Positions 35,667 to 46,113 are shown, counted from the stretch's first letter. The stretch: DNA of 64,000 nt from an uncultured virus (IMG/VR IMGVR_UViG_3300018080_006410) (IMGVR_UViG_3300018080_006410); one strand, 5' to 3'. Made by a program: numbers and translations. Notes: generated from the sequence alone by a model not told the origin.

Positions 35667-35694
35667 ATATTGCCAAAAGAGGAGGATTTTCCAC
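35667..35694 (-). promoter_or_regulatory. Bipartite motif GTGGAAA-N10-TTYGGCRATAT, copy 3
   Basis: GTGGAAAatcctcctctTTTGGCAATAT upstream of the SWIM gene. Confidence 0.6.
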
Positions 35695-35713
35695 GAGAAA
35701 CGCGGAGAAAAGA

Positions 35714-36049
35714 TCAGAAAATATACGGAGTCGCCCCCTCCCCCAATTTCGGCTCCTCCCCCCATAGCGGCGGTGTTGCCGCTTCTCCAAACGGCGGCAG
35801 CGGCTCCCCCTTTTTATGCCAAACCAAACATCGACCAGTGTCAGTTTGATACCAGCCTAGAATAATCAAGACACCAATATGGACGTCCTCATGACAATCT
35901 GGACATATCGCGGCCAGATTCCAGCCGCTCCTCCAATTCCTGACCTCGCGACCATGTATGTGGTGCTCGGTGAGCGGCCGCCTCTTCCCGCAAATGTCGC
36001 AGGGGTACTCCCCGGACCGCCTGGCTCGCCTGACCTCCCTCTTGGTCAT
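35714..36049 (-). CDS. HNH endonuclease
   Basis: CDICG...HHI...NLAAICPDCH...H; lower-GC 3' part. Confidence 0.75.
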   Translation of the reverse strand: MTKREVRRARRSGEYPCDICGKRRPLTEHHIHGREVRNWRSGWNLAAICPDCHEDVHIGVLIILGWYQTDTGRCLVWHKKGEPLPPFGEAATPPLWGEEPKLGEGATPYIF

Positions 36050-39000
36050 CCTGACGTCTTCCTGCCGTAGAGCCCCGATCCGAGCTGGGCCCTCGCGTAC
36101 GCCCTGGCGGGATGGTCCAGGTGGTAGATGACCGAGCGGGCGACCCAGGATACCGTGGCCCCGGCCCTCACGCACCTTCCCACCAGGTCGTTCTCCTCCC
36201 CTCCCCATCCGACGTCGAAAGCCGCGTCGTAACCCCCGACGTCCCTGAAGACGCCGGCCGGCACGGAGAAGTTGCCGCCCCAGACCCCGATGGGGTTCCG
36301 ATTCGGGTCCACCTTGCCGACGTAGCCCTCGTTCGTCTTCCGTGACGGGTGATCGCGAGCGAGCCTCTCCACCTCGCCGAACCGGCGCACCATCCCCAGG
36401 TCCACGAGCCCCGACCGGGAGGCGTCGACACCCTTGAACATGCCAGCTCCGACGACGTTCCCGGAAAGCCCAGAGTGGGCCCCGACCGAGCCGGGGCAAT
36501 GTACCTGGTCGGCGTTGGTGAACAGGAGCCTGGAACCTTTCGCCCGGGCCGCCGCCAGATTGTTGGCCGACGCCAGCCGGTACCACGAGTGCTCCCTCGT
36601 TACGTATCTCAACCGGAAAGGCCACGCCGCGTCCTCCTGCTCGTCGAGCCACTCCAGGGTCCCGTCCGTCGACCCGTCGTCGGCGACGACCACCTCCAGC
36701 GGCGCGACGCCCTGGCCCCTCAGCGCCTCCAGCGCCAGCGGCAGCTTCCCGGCCTGGTTGTAGGACGACAGGATCACGCTGACCCCGGCCGCCGGCTGCT
36801 CCGGCTGGAAGAACCCCGGATGCAGCTTGTCCATCTCGGCCACGAGCCTCCAGTACCCGCGGGACGTCCTCGCCTCCGGGCTCATCCTCCCGGGATGGGC
36901 GTCGTCGTAGTCCACGTGCACCCCCTCCGCCCTCCCGAACGTGCCGCCGGCCTCCAGGACCGACACCCACATCTCCCAGTCCTCATAGCCGCCCCTCATC
37001 TCCTTCTTGTAGCCCCCGACCCGCTCCCACAGCGACTTGCGGTACATCGCGCAGGCCGGCACGCAGTTCTCCCTCGCGATCCTCCCCTCGTCCATCTCGG
37101 CCCTCAGCACCGACCCGTCCGACGCCCGGACCAGATCGACCCCGGCCACGTCGAAGCCGCGCATGAGAACCCCGAACGCCCTCGCCAGGACATCCCTTGA
37201 CCCGAGCTCGTCGTCGGCGTCCAGCGGGAAGACGTAGCTGGCCCTCGCCGCCCCGATCCCGGCGTTCCTGGCTCCCGGCAGCCCCGTGTTCTCCTGCCGG
37301 ACGAGCCGAACCCTGCCGATGTTGGCCCTGGCCAGCCGGGTCGCCACCTCCGCGCAGTCGTCCGGGCTCCCGTCGTCGACGATCACGACCTCCACCGGCA
37401 CCGTCTGGGCCAGGGCGCTTCCGACGGACCTCTCCAGGTACTCGGCCTGCTTCCAGCAAGGAACCACCACGCTGACCAGCGGCTCGGTCGTGACGCCGTC
37501 AACCAGGACGTCCATGTCCGACGCCCGGCTCGACCATCCCCAGCCGCCCTCGCGGAACCTCCTCAGGTTCTCGGCGGCTGCCGTCGCGGCCACGTCGTCG
37601 TCGGCCATGATCCCGTCAACCAGGTCGTTCACCCTCTCGACGCACCCCGACTCCGGCTCGACCGGGACCACCCACGGCTCCGCCACCAGCTGCGCCGTGT
37701 CCCCCGCGTCGGTCGCCACCACCGGGACGCCGCAGGCCACCGCCTCCATGAGCGCCTGGCTCATGCCCTCGGACGACGACAGCTGGACGAAGCACCGGAG
37801 CGACCTCAGCCATGCCAGCTGGTCCTCCCTGGAGCGGCCCCTCTTGAAGAACCTCTCGCCCCAGTCGCTCTTCCGGCTCACGCCGCCCCACCTCCTCGCG
37901 ATCCCGTCCAGGAGGTGGACCCGCTTCACCGGCTGCCGCGGGTTCCCGCTCCATCCGACCTTGTCCCCCAGCGGCCCCGGGGTGAAGATCGAGTCGTCCA
38001 CCGCGCCCCTGGAGTAGCAGACGTTCAAGGCCCTCGGCCACTTTCGGAGGATCATGTCGTGCGCCACCTTCGAATTGGCCACCAGGGCCGCGAAGTCGGC
38101 GGGGTCCGCCAGCTCCCACCCGAGAGCCGACCGCACGCCCAGGATCGTCCTCGCCGGGATCAGCCTTTCCACCTTCTCGCCCAGGTAGAGCGACGCCAGG
38201 AGCGTCGTCATCACGACCACGACGTCGTTCTCGGCATAGGCCGTCGGAGGATCGAACTCGTCGTGCCGGACGAACGACACCTCGTGCCGGGAGTGTGCCG
38301 ACCACCCCCTGGCGAAGAACTCGAACGCCCACCCGTACTCGTCAATCACCACCAGGACCCTTTTCGGCGCCCCTCCCAGCCTCCGAGCCCCAGCCCCTAT
38401 CCTTCCCAGCCCCCATTTCGTCTCGTCCGCCAGCGTGTACCCCGTCTCCTCCTGGACGTCGGCCATTCCGACATGGCCGCCGGCCCTCATCCATCCGACC
38501 TCGTCCCGAGCGCGCTTGCCTCCCTCGAACAGCATCGCGCCGCCGAAGTCCAGCATCGGCCTCACGGCGCTCCATATCGACCTGATCTTCTCGCCGTCGT
38601 TGTCTATGTCCACATGGAGGAGCTGAAACGGCTGCGGCTCCCCCATCCACTTCCTGACGTCCCCCCGGGCCAGCGTGACGATGTCGTCGACGCCGTACCT
38701 CTCCATGTTCAGGCTCGCCTCCCCGAACGGGATGCCGAGACTCTGCCGGCCCTCCTCCGGATCGAGCTCGAACGTATCGTAGGAAACCATCCTCCCCATG
38801 CCGTTGTCCTTCATCCCCAGCGCCATCGCGATGGAGGTGAGGCCGCGTCCCACCCCGAACTCCACCCCGGCCCTCGGCCTTCCCTCCCGGACCTCCCGGT
38901 ACATGGCCTCCACGTGCGCCATCTGGTAGGAGTGCCTGTTCACGACCGGATCGGCCACGAGCCGACGCAGGGTCCTCCTCGAGTCCGGAGGCCCGACCTC

Positions 39001-39879
39001 GGCCAGAACCCTCGCCAGGGCCTCCGCCTGGACCCTCGGATGGTGCCTTCCCCACGCGTGCTCCATGAACGTCCTGGAGACCTCCATGCGCATCTCCGGG
39101 TCGGCCAGCCTCCGAAGCGGGGCCGCCAGCCATTCCGGCCCTCTCGCGACCAGCCACCCCAGGCCGATGGAGTCAAGAACCCGGCGATAGGCCATGGAGT
39201 CGCTGGTCACCGTCGGCACCCCCGCGGCCATCGCCGCCAGCAGCCGGTTCGCGCACCTCCTGTCGGCCCCGTCCCCATGCACCAGCAGGCAGACGTCGCA
39301 AGACCTCAACTCGTCCACGAACGTCCCCAGGTCCCAGCTCACCCACTTGCCAGGAATGAGCTGGATGGAGGCGATATGCGTCTTCTCCCCGACCTCGGCG
39401 GCGTCCATCCACCCCCTCGACGCCACGACGGAGTGGTTGCTCCCGAAAGTGACGATCCCCGACACGCCGCCGGAGGCCTCCAGCGGAGGCGGGGCGTGGT
39501 CCATGTAGTCGACGCCAGGAGGCACCACCCTCACCTTGGACGGGTCGCACCCCAGCAGCGCCTTCCGACCCTCGGTGTCGACGGTCACCCTGGAGGCGAG
39601 CTCCACCATCGCCGCCTCGTCCATGCCTGGCCACACCCCGAAGTCGTCATCGATGTCGTAGACCACCGGGACGCCCTCGGCCACGGCCTTGCTCGCCGCC
39701 TCCACCACCCACGGCTCCGCGATCTTCTGGACGTACAGCACGTCGCAATCGAAGCTCACGTCCCCCTTCGAGGCCAGCTTCCACCGGAAACCTGACGGCG
39801 CCAGCCTCGCCGGCCTGTGGCACCTCAGCCTGGCCGACCCACAGCTCTCGTCACCTATCGCTATCGCCTCAATGCGCAT
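36046..39879 (-). CDS. Five-domain protein: GT-B, SAM methyltransferase, GT4, GT2, GT2
   Basis: VYDIDDD; EFGVGRG...LHVDID; EGMSQALMEA; VVVPCW...DDGS...LDADD; VILSSYN...DDGS...GWGGEE. Confidence 0.85.
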   Translation of the reverse strand: MRIEAIAIGDESCGSARLRCHRPARLAPSGFRWKLASKGDVSFDCDVLYVQKIAEPWVVEAASKAVAEGVPVVYDIDDDFGVWPGMDEAAMVELASRVTVDTEGRKALLGCDPSKVRVVPPGVDYMDHAPPPLEASGGVSGIVTFGSNHSVVASRGWMDAAEVGEKTHIASIQLIPGKWVSWDLGTFVDELRSCDVCLLVHGDGADRRCANRLLAAMAAGVPTVTSDSMAYRRVLDSIGLGWLVARGPEWLAAPLRRLADPEMRMEVSRTFMEHAWGRHHPRVQAEALARVLAEVGPPDSRRTLRRLVADPVVNRHSYQMAHVEAMYREVREGRPRAGVEFGVGRGLTSIAMALGMKDNGMGRMVSYDTFELDPEEGRQSLGIPFGEASLNMERYGVDDIVTLARGDVRKWMGEPQPFQLLHVDIDNDGEKIRSIWSAVRPMLDFGGAMLFEGGKRARDEVGWMRAGGHVGMADVQEETGYTLADETKWGLGRIGAGARRLGGAPKRVLVVIDEYGWAFEFFARGWSAHSRHEVSFVRHDEFDPPTAYAENDVVVVMTTLLASLYLGEKVERLIPARTILGVRSALGWELADPADFAALVANSKVAHDMILRKWPRALNVCYSRGAVDDSIFTPGPLGDKVGWSGNPRQPVKRVHLLDGIARRWGGVSRKSDWGERFFKRGRSREDQLAWLRSLRCFVQLSSSEGMSQALMEAVACGVPVVATDAGDTAQLVAEPWVVPVEPESGCVERVNDLVDGIMADDDVAATAAAENLRRFREGGWGWSSRASDMDVLVDGVTTEPLVSVVVPCWKQAEYLERSVGSALAQTVPVEVVIVDDGSPDDCAEVATRLARANIGRVRLVRQENTGLPGARNAGIGAARASYVFPLDADDELGSRDVLARAFGVLMRGFDVAGVDLVRASDGSVLRAEMDEGRIARENCVPACAMYRKSLWERVGGYKKEMRGGYEDWEMWVSVLEAGGTFGRAEGVHVDYDDAHPGRMSPEARTSRGYWRLVAEMDKLHPGFFQPEQPAAGVSVILSSYNQAGKLPLALEALRGQGVAPLEVVVADDGSTDGTLEWLDEQEDAAWPFRLRYVTREHSWYRLASANNLAAARAKGSRLLFTNADQVHCPGSVGAHSGLSGNVVGAGMFKGVDASRSGLVDLGMVRRFGEVERLARDHPSRKTNEGYVGKVDPNRNPIGVWGGNFSVPAGVFRDVGGYDAAFDVGWGGEENDLVGRCVRAGATVSWVARSVIYHLDHPARAYARAQLGSGLYGRKTSG

Positions 39880-40651
39880 GTCCGTCCCCGATCGTCGCCC
39901 ACTCGGGCACCGTGGCCCTGACGGGATCTCGGATGAGCGCGGTCCCCCACAAGCCGTCAGGGCCGGCCCCACGGTGATGCCGGAGGCCGGCGTCCAGGAA
40001 GTCGGCCACTCTCCCCATGCCTTCCGGACCGATCTCCAGCGGCAGGTCGAACCTGTCCCTCATCCACCTGAAGAAGGACTCCCGATGCCCCAGCAGGCAG
40101 TCGAACGCGGAGACCCACGCCACGTCGATGTCCCCCTCGAACCGCCGAACGCTCTCCCTGTGAGCCTCCGCCGTCAGGACCGCGTGGGCGGGATCGAACC
40201 CCTCGCGCGCCGACAGGGACCTGGCTATCTCCTCGTTCCGGCGGTCGCAGAACAGGAAGGACGGCTCGACCCCGAGCCCCCGGAAGACCTTTAGGTAGAG
40301 AGGCAGCAGCAGGCTTATCCTCGGGTCCTTGACGACCAGGAACCTGTCCCGTGCCAGCTCCATGTCCCGAGCGAAGAAGTCTCCCATCCGCATGACGAGC
40401 ATGTCGTAGCGCGGGTCGGAGCCCATGTCGGCCGGCAGGACCTCCTCCGAGTCCCAGGACGCCCCGGCCAGCCGCAAGGCCTCCTCGTTGGCACCGAGGG
40501 CGTCCGCGTTCTCGAAATAGCCCTTCACGTTGTGAGCGTCCCGGTGGAAATCGCCATTGGCACCAATGACGCCGCCGAGATGATAAAGAGACCCGGCCAT
40601 GGCCGACGTCCCTCCCCTGTGCTGTCCCATCACGAGCAAAACCCTACCCAT
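39869..40651 (-). CDS. Sulfotransferase-family protein
   Basis: VMGQHRGGTS PAPS-binding loop, GYFEN, VKDPR. Confidence 0.78.
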   Translation of the reverse strand: MGRVLLVMGQHRGGTSAMAGSLYHLGGVIGANGDFHRDAHNVKGYFENADALGANEEALRLAGASWDSEEVLPADMGSDPRYDMLVMRMGDFFARDMELARDRFLVVKDPRISLLLPLYLKVFRGLGVEPSFLFCDRRNEEIARSLSAREGFDPAHAVLTAEAHRESVRRFEGDIDVAWVSAFDCLLGHRESFFRWMRDRFDLPLEIGPEGMGRVADFLDAGLRHHRGAGPDGLWGTALIRDPVRATVPEWATIGDGHAH

Positions 40652-40857
40652 CACGCTCTCCTCACTATCGAAAGCGACGGGAAAGACGGGTCGAGGACCT
40701 CGTAGCCGACCTCCTCCTTCACGCTCTCGATCGGCACGTTGCCGTGCTTCCTCGTCCATTCGATCTGGTCACGCTCCCTCGTGCCTCCCTCGGACCATGA
40801 CGGTGCACCTTCCATGCGGGACTCCACAACGTAGTTAGTTCTCTTCACACCCACCAT
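40651..40857 (-). CDS. Small hypothetical protein
   Basis: 68-aa ORF filling the operon gap. Confidence 0.4.
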   Translation of the reverse strand: MVGVKRTNYVVESRMEGAPSWSEGGTRERDQIEWTRKHGNVPIESVKEEVGYEVLDPSFPSLSIVRRA

Positions 40858-41588
40858 GAGAATCTTCTCAGGTTCTCATGCAACATCAGCAGTTGAACCG
40901 GGACGATGAGGTGCTCCTTCTGACTGGGAGCGTAGAAAGCCATGCTCGGGAGCGACGGCCTGTCATGGAAGAACGGACTCCTATGCGTCTCCTGCCAGTC
41001 GACGATGTCGATCCCGGCCTCGATCAGGCAGTCCGAGAAGTGGTTCTGGTTCTTGAACGGACCCATTCTCGCGACCCTCCCCATCACGCGCCCCAGGACG
41101 ATCCCGTTGCTATGGGCCGCGTTTTTGCAGCCGCCCCTTCTCAGGTTGATCCACATGTACCCGCAAAGGTAGACATCCCTGTCCGCCAGGAGGTCGATCA
41201 GGACGGAGTCGAAATCATCCATCACAGGACACCAGTCGTCCTCGATGAAGATGTAGTGGTCGAAGGTCGGATCGTCGAGGTAGGCCGTCCTCCAGCTCTC
41301 GTACGACAAGCCGACATTCGGCCGCTTGATGACCTTGACCGGCACCCCGTCCACCCCGCCCATCTCCCTCAGCCACCAGAGGTAGTCGTCGTAGTCCGGA
41401 GGCACCGTCCCGTCCGGATCGGTCGGAGCCACGATCGTGATCTGGGACAGCTTCTGCCTCAACCTGGAGAGACACTCGATGTTCTTCTGGACCGCATGCC
41501 ACCCGTATCGGTCGAAATAGGACCCCTCCATCGTCCTTCGACCATGCCAGGACGCCACGACGTAATTGACCCTCGAAGCCATGTCCAT
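40845..41588 (-). CDS. GT-A fold glycosyltransferase-like protein (paralog A)
   Basis: RPNVGLSY, FIEDD. Confidence 0.7.
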   Translation of the reverse strand: MDMASRVNYVVASWHGRRTMEGSYFDRYGWHAVQKNIECLSRLRQKLSQITIVAPTDPDGTVPPDYDDYLWWLREMGGVDGVPVKVIKRPNVGLSYESWRTAYLDDPTFDHYIFIEDDWCPVMDDFDSVLIDLLADRDVYLCGYMWINLRRGGCKNAAHSNGIVLGRVMGRVARMGPFKNQNHFSDCLIEAGIDIVDWQETHRSPFFHDRPSLPSMAFYAPSQKEHLIVPVQLLMLHENLRRFSWWV

Positions 41589-41596
41589 CCTCTCGA

Positions 41597-42397
41597 CTAC
41601 AACCGGTACCTCTCCAGCTCCTGGACCAGCGGGCATTCGCCGACCAGCATCTGGATCGGCACCATGACGTACTCGTTCGAGTCCGGAGAAAAGTCCTTGA
41701 GCTCCGGAGCCTTCGGGTTGTCGCAAAAGAACGGGCTCCTGTAACGCCCGACCCAGTCCACTACCTCCACTCCGGCAAACTGCAAAAGCTGCGAGAAGTG
41801 CACCTGGTTGAAGAACGGGCCTCTGGCGGCTGCCGCCTTCATCGCGGAAGCCGCGACGATCCCGTTGCTGACCGACGCCACGTCAATCACGTCCCCGTCA
41901 TCGCACGGCTCCATCTGCGCCCACTTGACGTCTCTGGCCGTGCACCTCCACATGTAGCCACAAAGGTAGGCGAAGCGGCCGTCCAGCTCCCACGCCAGGA
42001 TCGGGGCGAGATCGTCATGCACGGGACAGTAGTCGTCCTCGATGAAGATGTAGTAGTCGAAGGTCGGATCGTCGAGATAGGCAAGCCGCCATCCCTCATA
42101 GGAGTGCCCCCTGTTGTCCCTCCGGATATGCCTCACCGGCACCCCGTTCACCTCCCTCAGCCACCATAGGTACTCCTCGTAGTCCGGCGGATAGGTGTCC
42201 TCGGGCCCGGTCGGCGCCACGATCGTGATCCTGTCGCACCCGTGCCTGACGCGCCTGAGGCATTCCACGTGCTTCTGGACCGCATGCCACCCGTATCGGT
42301 CGAAATACGACGCCGCCATGGTCCTTCGGCCATGCCACGACGAAATCACATAGTTGACCCTCGGAGCCACTATTTCCTCCTCCTCTGGACGGACCAC
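41597..42397 (-). CDS. GT-A fold glycosyltransferase-like protein (paralog B)
   Basis: RDNRGHSY, FIEDD; clearly homologous to 40845-41588. Confidence 0.7.
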   Translation of the reverse strand: MVRPEEEEIVAPRVNYVISSWHGRRTMAASYFDRYGWHAVQKHVECLRRVRHGCDRITIVAPTGPEDTYPPDYEEYLWWLREVNGVPVRHIRRDNRGHSYEGWRLAYLDDPTFDYYIFIEDDYCPVHDDLAPILAWELDGRFAYLCGYMWRCTARDVKWAQMEPCDDGDVIDVASVSNGIVAASAMKAAAARGPFFNQVHFSQLLQFAGVEVVDWVGRYRSPFFCDNPKAPELKDFSPDSNEYVMVPIQMLVGECPLVQELERYRL

Positions 42398-43488
42398 TTC
42401 CTGATCGTGTCAACGATGAACGAGCGATCCTCGTGCGTCACCCACCACCCGACCGGGATGTTGATCTGCCGACGCTCGAACTCGTCGACGCCGGAAAGCC
42501 TGCCCGTCGGGGCGAACTCGGCCATCATGGTGTGGCCGTCGTTCCGCTTGTGGACCGGCGACACCTGAACATGGTGCTGGCCCATGAAGCTCTCGAACTC
42601 CTTCACGCCGCCGTCGACCAGGATCGTGTAGAGCCAGTAGGCGCTCTCCCTGTCGGGCTCGTAGGGAGGCAGCTCGACGCCATCGACGCCCTGAAGCTCC
42701 CGGTCGTAGAACCTGGCGTTGGACCGGTGCTGACCCAGAATCCTGTCGACATGCCCCAGCTGCGCCAGCCCGATGGTCGCGCACACGTCGTTCATGTGGA
42801 ACTTGTACCCGAACTCCTTGATGTCCGGCTCGCACCTGAAACCCGAACTGGACTCCCGGCAGATGCCGTACCACCTCAGGAGCTTGCCCCTGGCGTAGTC
42901 CTCGTCGCTCCTGCAGGTCAGCAGGCCGCCGTCCACCGTCGTCAGATGCTTGATGGCCTGGAAGCTGAACATGGTGAAGTTCGAGATCGAGCCGATTGGC
43001 TTCCCCTTGTAGACCGCCCCGAAGGCATGGGCCGCATCCTCAATGACCGGCACCTCATAGAACTCGCCTATCTCATTGAGAGCGTCAAGATCGCACGGGT
43101 AGCCGCCCCAGTGCACGCAGACGATGGCGGCTGTCTTGTCATCGATCAAGAGCGCAACGCTGTCGGGATCGATCTCCCCCGTCTTGGGGTTGACGTCGGC
43201 CCACCTGATGTCGGCCCCCCTCTCCAGGATCGGCTCGTTCGTTGCCGAACAGGTTTGTGGTGTCGTGATGACGTTCGTCCCCGGCTCCGCCCCGGCAAGC
43301 CGAAGAGCCAGGTGAAGGCCAGCCGTCCCGCAGTTCAGGGTCAGGCATCTCGGGTTGCCGAGGCGCTGCCCCAATCGCTCCTCGAACTCCTTGACCTTGG
43401 CTCCCTGGCCGATGTACCCGGAGAACAAAACCTCCTGAAGCGGCTCCATCACGTTGCGCGGCATGTGGACCTTGAACAGCGGTATCAT
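42370..43488 (-). CDS. DegT/DnrJ/EryC1/StrS PLP-dependent sugar aminotransferase
   Basis: GTAGLHLAL, IEDAAHAFG, FSFQAIKHLTTVDGG. Confidence 0.92.
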   Translation of the reverse strand: MIPLFKVHMPRNVMEPLQEVLFSGYIGQGAKVKEFEERLGQRLGNPRCLTLNCGTAGLHLALRLAGAEPGTNVITTPQTCSATNEPILERGADIRWADVNPKTGEIDPDSVALLIDDKTAAIVCVHWGGYPCDLDALNEIGEFYEVPVIEDAAHAFGAVYKGKPIGSISNFTMFSFQAIKHLTTVDGGLLTCRSDEDYARGKLLRWYGICRESSSGFRCEPDIKEFGYKFHMNDVCATIGLAQLGHVDRILGQHRSNARFYDRELQGVDGVELPPYEPDRESAYWLYTILVDGGVKEFESFMGQHHVQVSPVHKRNDGHTMMAEFAPTGRLSGVDEFERRQINIPVGWWVTHEDRSFIVDTIRKWSVQRRRK

Positions 43489-44057
43489 ATCTTCTCCTCC
43501 TTCTGGGTCTGGTGCGGGGTGAACCCCGCCCTCTCGTCCTTACTCACCCAAAGCTCGTGCGAGCTCATCGACTCGTAGTCCAGCTCCAGCGAGAACGGGA
43601 CCGACGACCTCTGCATCTCCCATATCTCGTATTTGATGACCGGCACCGGATACTCCCATCGCCAGCCTGGCATGGCAGAGCCGAACTCGTTCCTGTAGAA
43701 ACCCCCGTACCTGCGCTCGTTCAGCTCCACCCACCCCGGCATCTGCCCCTCCAGCCTTATCTGCGAGCGGATGATGGACATCAGGTCCCTGCGCATGAAG
43801 ACGACCGCGACGTCCCCACACTCCCTGTGGAGGACATGGGACAAGCCCGGACCCTGAAGGCAGAAGTCGGAACCGGACCCGACAAGCCGCCGGAAGAGGG
43901 CCACGTCGTCGTTCCGGACCCGGTCCTCCTTGAGCCACGGCAGCCCGAGGTCGGCAGCGATCATTCGCGAGGCGATGGTCGTCCCCGAACGAGCAGGCCC
44001 GGTCACGAGCACCCTTCGCTGGCCGCGCAGCCTTTCGATTGCCTCCACATACCTCAT
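43485..44057 (-). CDS. Sulfotransferase-like P-loop protein
   Basis: VTGPARSGTT; VFMRR. Confidence 0.6.
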   Translation of the reverse strand: MRYVEAIERLRGQRRVLVTGPARSGTTIASRMIAADLGLPWLKEDRVRNDDVALFRRLVGSGSDFCLQGPGLSHVLHRECGDVAVVFMRRDLMSIIRSQIRLEGQMPGWVELNERRYGGFYRNEFGSAMPGWRWEYPVPVIKYEIWEMQRSSVPFSLELDYESMSSHELWVSKDERAGFTPHQTQKEEKI

Positions 44058-45298
44058 CCATCCACCATGATCGTGCAATGAGACTCCTCCGGCGGGTTCA
44101 TCACCATCCCGAGCCGAGCAAACGAGTTTTGACCCTCGGCCCACACGTGGTCCTCCACCCCCAGCTCCAGGAGCCTGGCGTGGATGCTCTGGTCGTAGAA
44201 CTGCGAGAAGCACCTGACAAGCCTCTGTATCTCCTGGTTCCGCACGCGGTGGGTGTTGCCTTCCAGGTTCCGATACTGAAGATAGCACATGTGCGGCACC
44301 CGCGCCATCCTGGTCGCCAGGAAGGTCCTCACCATGATCTCGTAGTCGTCCGCCACGTGAATCGCGTCCCGGTGGCCGCCGATGCCCACGTAGACCGACC
44401 TCCTCCATGACCGCAGGTGGTTCGGGGCCGCGACGATGTGCCTGATCGTCTTCGCGTTGACATTCGGGGAATTGGCCACGGCGTACTTCTGGCCGGCGTG
44501 AACCTCCTCCCGGTAGGAGCCGTATCCGAACCCCCAGTCCGTGAACGGGGGCTTCAGCTCCCTGTTCTGCCCGTACCTGACCGGGCTCCCGTCCGGAAAG
44601 AGCTCCGCGAAGTCGGTGTAGACGAACCCGATCTCCGGGTTCCTCCCGTACGCGTCGACCACCCTGGCCAGCGCGTCGTCGGTCAGCTCGTCGTCGTGGT
44701 CCAGCTCGACCAGGTAGTCGCCCCTTCCGAGCATGCAGGCGTTCCGCTTAACCCGGCCAATGACCCCCGAGTGACAGCTCTCCCTGAAGACCCGGACGCG
44801 GTGATCCCTCTCGGCGATGCCGGACAGCATCTCGAACGTCTCCCCGTCGTCGTCCGAGTCGTCGACGACGACCCACTCCCAATCCTTGTACGTCTGCCCC
44901 TTGAGGGAGAGGTAGGGCCGCATGATCCTGTCCCCGGTCTCGTAGGCCGGGGTGAACACCGTCACCAGCTTGACTTCCCGGCGGTCGAGGCACGCGGCGC
45001 CGATGAAGCACTGGATCGCCTCCCTCCCGACCCTCTCCAAGTCGGAAGTGTCCTCGTAGTGCAGCCACTTCTTCCGAACCTCCCACGCCGCCGCTGCCAA
45101 GGCCGGGAAGTCTCTGACGTCCCCGAACGTCACGACGACGCCGGGCCTCTCCTCGGCCAGCACCCTGGAAAGATCGTCGTCCGTCAAATGACACCTGACG
45201 TCTAGCTCCCCCGTCTCGAAAGGTGGCGCCACGCCCGATCTCAACTCGATGTTCTCGACCCCGAAAACGGAGACCACCGGAAGACATCCTGCCATCAC
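44054..45298 (-). CDS. GT2 glycosyltransferase
   Basis: VFTPAY, VVDDS, ELDHDD, ADDYE. Confidence 0.88.
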   Translation of the reverse strand: MMAGCLPVVSVFGVENIELRSGVAPPFETGELDVRCHLTDDDLSRVLAEERPGVVVTFGDVRDFPALAAAAWEVRKKWLHYEDTSDLERVGREAIQCFIGAACLDRREVKLVTVFTPAYETGDRIMRPYLSLKGQTYKDWEWVVVDDSDDDGETFEMLSGIAERDHRVRVFRESCHSGVIGRVKRNACMLGRGDYLVELDHDDELTDDALARVVDAYGRNPEIGFVYTDFAELFPDGSPVRYGQNRELKPPFTDWGFGYGSYREEVHAGQKYAVANSPNVNAKTIRHIVAAPNHLRSWRRSVYVGIGGHRDAIHVADDYEIMVRTFLATRMARVPHMCYLQYRNLEGNTHRVRNQEIQRLVRCFSQFYDQSIHARLLELGVEDHVWAEGQNSFARLGMVMNPPEESHCTIMVDG

Positions 45299-46113
45299 AC
45301 CCTCCTTGCCACGTCACAAACCGCCTCGACCCACGCGTCCGCGTCGCCGGAGCAGTCGACCGGATCGTTCCTGTTCGCATCCTCCATGTCGGAGGTCGCC
45401 TCCGAGCACAAGTCCGCCAGGTCACCCAGCACCTCCGGGTCCCTGCGGCACATCACGCGGCCACCGAGGCACAGGTGCCTCCTGACCTGGAGATCGTAGC
45501 CGTCGGCCATCCACTCCGGATACAAGCCTATCGCCCCTCCCCGCACGGCCGAGTTGAAGTCGTTCGGAGAGAAGACCCTTCTCTTCTTCGGACCGCCATA
45601 CTCGCACGACTCCGGCCACGCCTCGCAGGCGGACGGCGGACACGCCCATTCTTCCGTGGCCTCCCTGTCCGCCCACAGCCCGAAAGCCAGCAGGGCCCCC
45701 TTCTTGTCGGGGGCGTGAAACCCGAACTCGGAAGCATGCAGCAGCCCCGCGCACGGCGTCACCAGGCGCCGTCTCCCGTGATGCAGGCCGAGGACCGGCG
45801 GCTGCGCCATCACCACCCCGGTCCGAACGCCGAACATCCTTCCGGCCAGCCTCGCCGCCTTCCTGGACGACACGACCACCACATCCCACCCGAGGTCCCG
45901 CTGCGATGCCATGCAACCAAGGGCCACGAGCACCCTCCCGCGGGCCACGGGGCACGCCGCCACCGGACCGACGCAGACCGCCACGTCGAACCTCGACGCG
46001 CAGGCCTCCAGGTTCCACGGGTCCAGCTGGACCACGTCGCCCATCGTCCCGAGCGCCTTCGCGACGAGCTCTGACTCCTGGCTCGGAACCTCTCGACTAA
46101 GCGCCAGTCTCAA
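45295..46113 (-). CDS. Degenerate GT-B-like hypothetical protein
   Basis: Operon-coupled ORF with alternating alpha/beta pattern; weak motifs. Confidence 0.5.
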   Translation of the reverse strand: MRLALSREVPSQESELVAKALGTMGDVVQLDPWNLEACASRFDVAVCVGPVAACPVARGRVLVALGCMASQRDLGWDVVVVSSRKAARLAGRMFGVRTGVVMAQPPVLGLHHGRRRLVTPCAGLLHASEFGFHAPDKKGALLAFGLWADREATEEWACPPSACEAWPESCEYGGPKKRRVFSPNDFNSAVRGGAIGLYPEWMADGYDLQVRRHLCLGGRVMCRRDPEVLGDLADLCSEATSDMEDANRNDPVDCSGDADAWVEAVCDVARRV

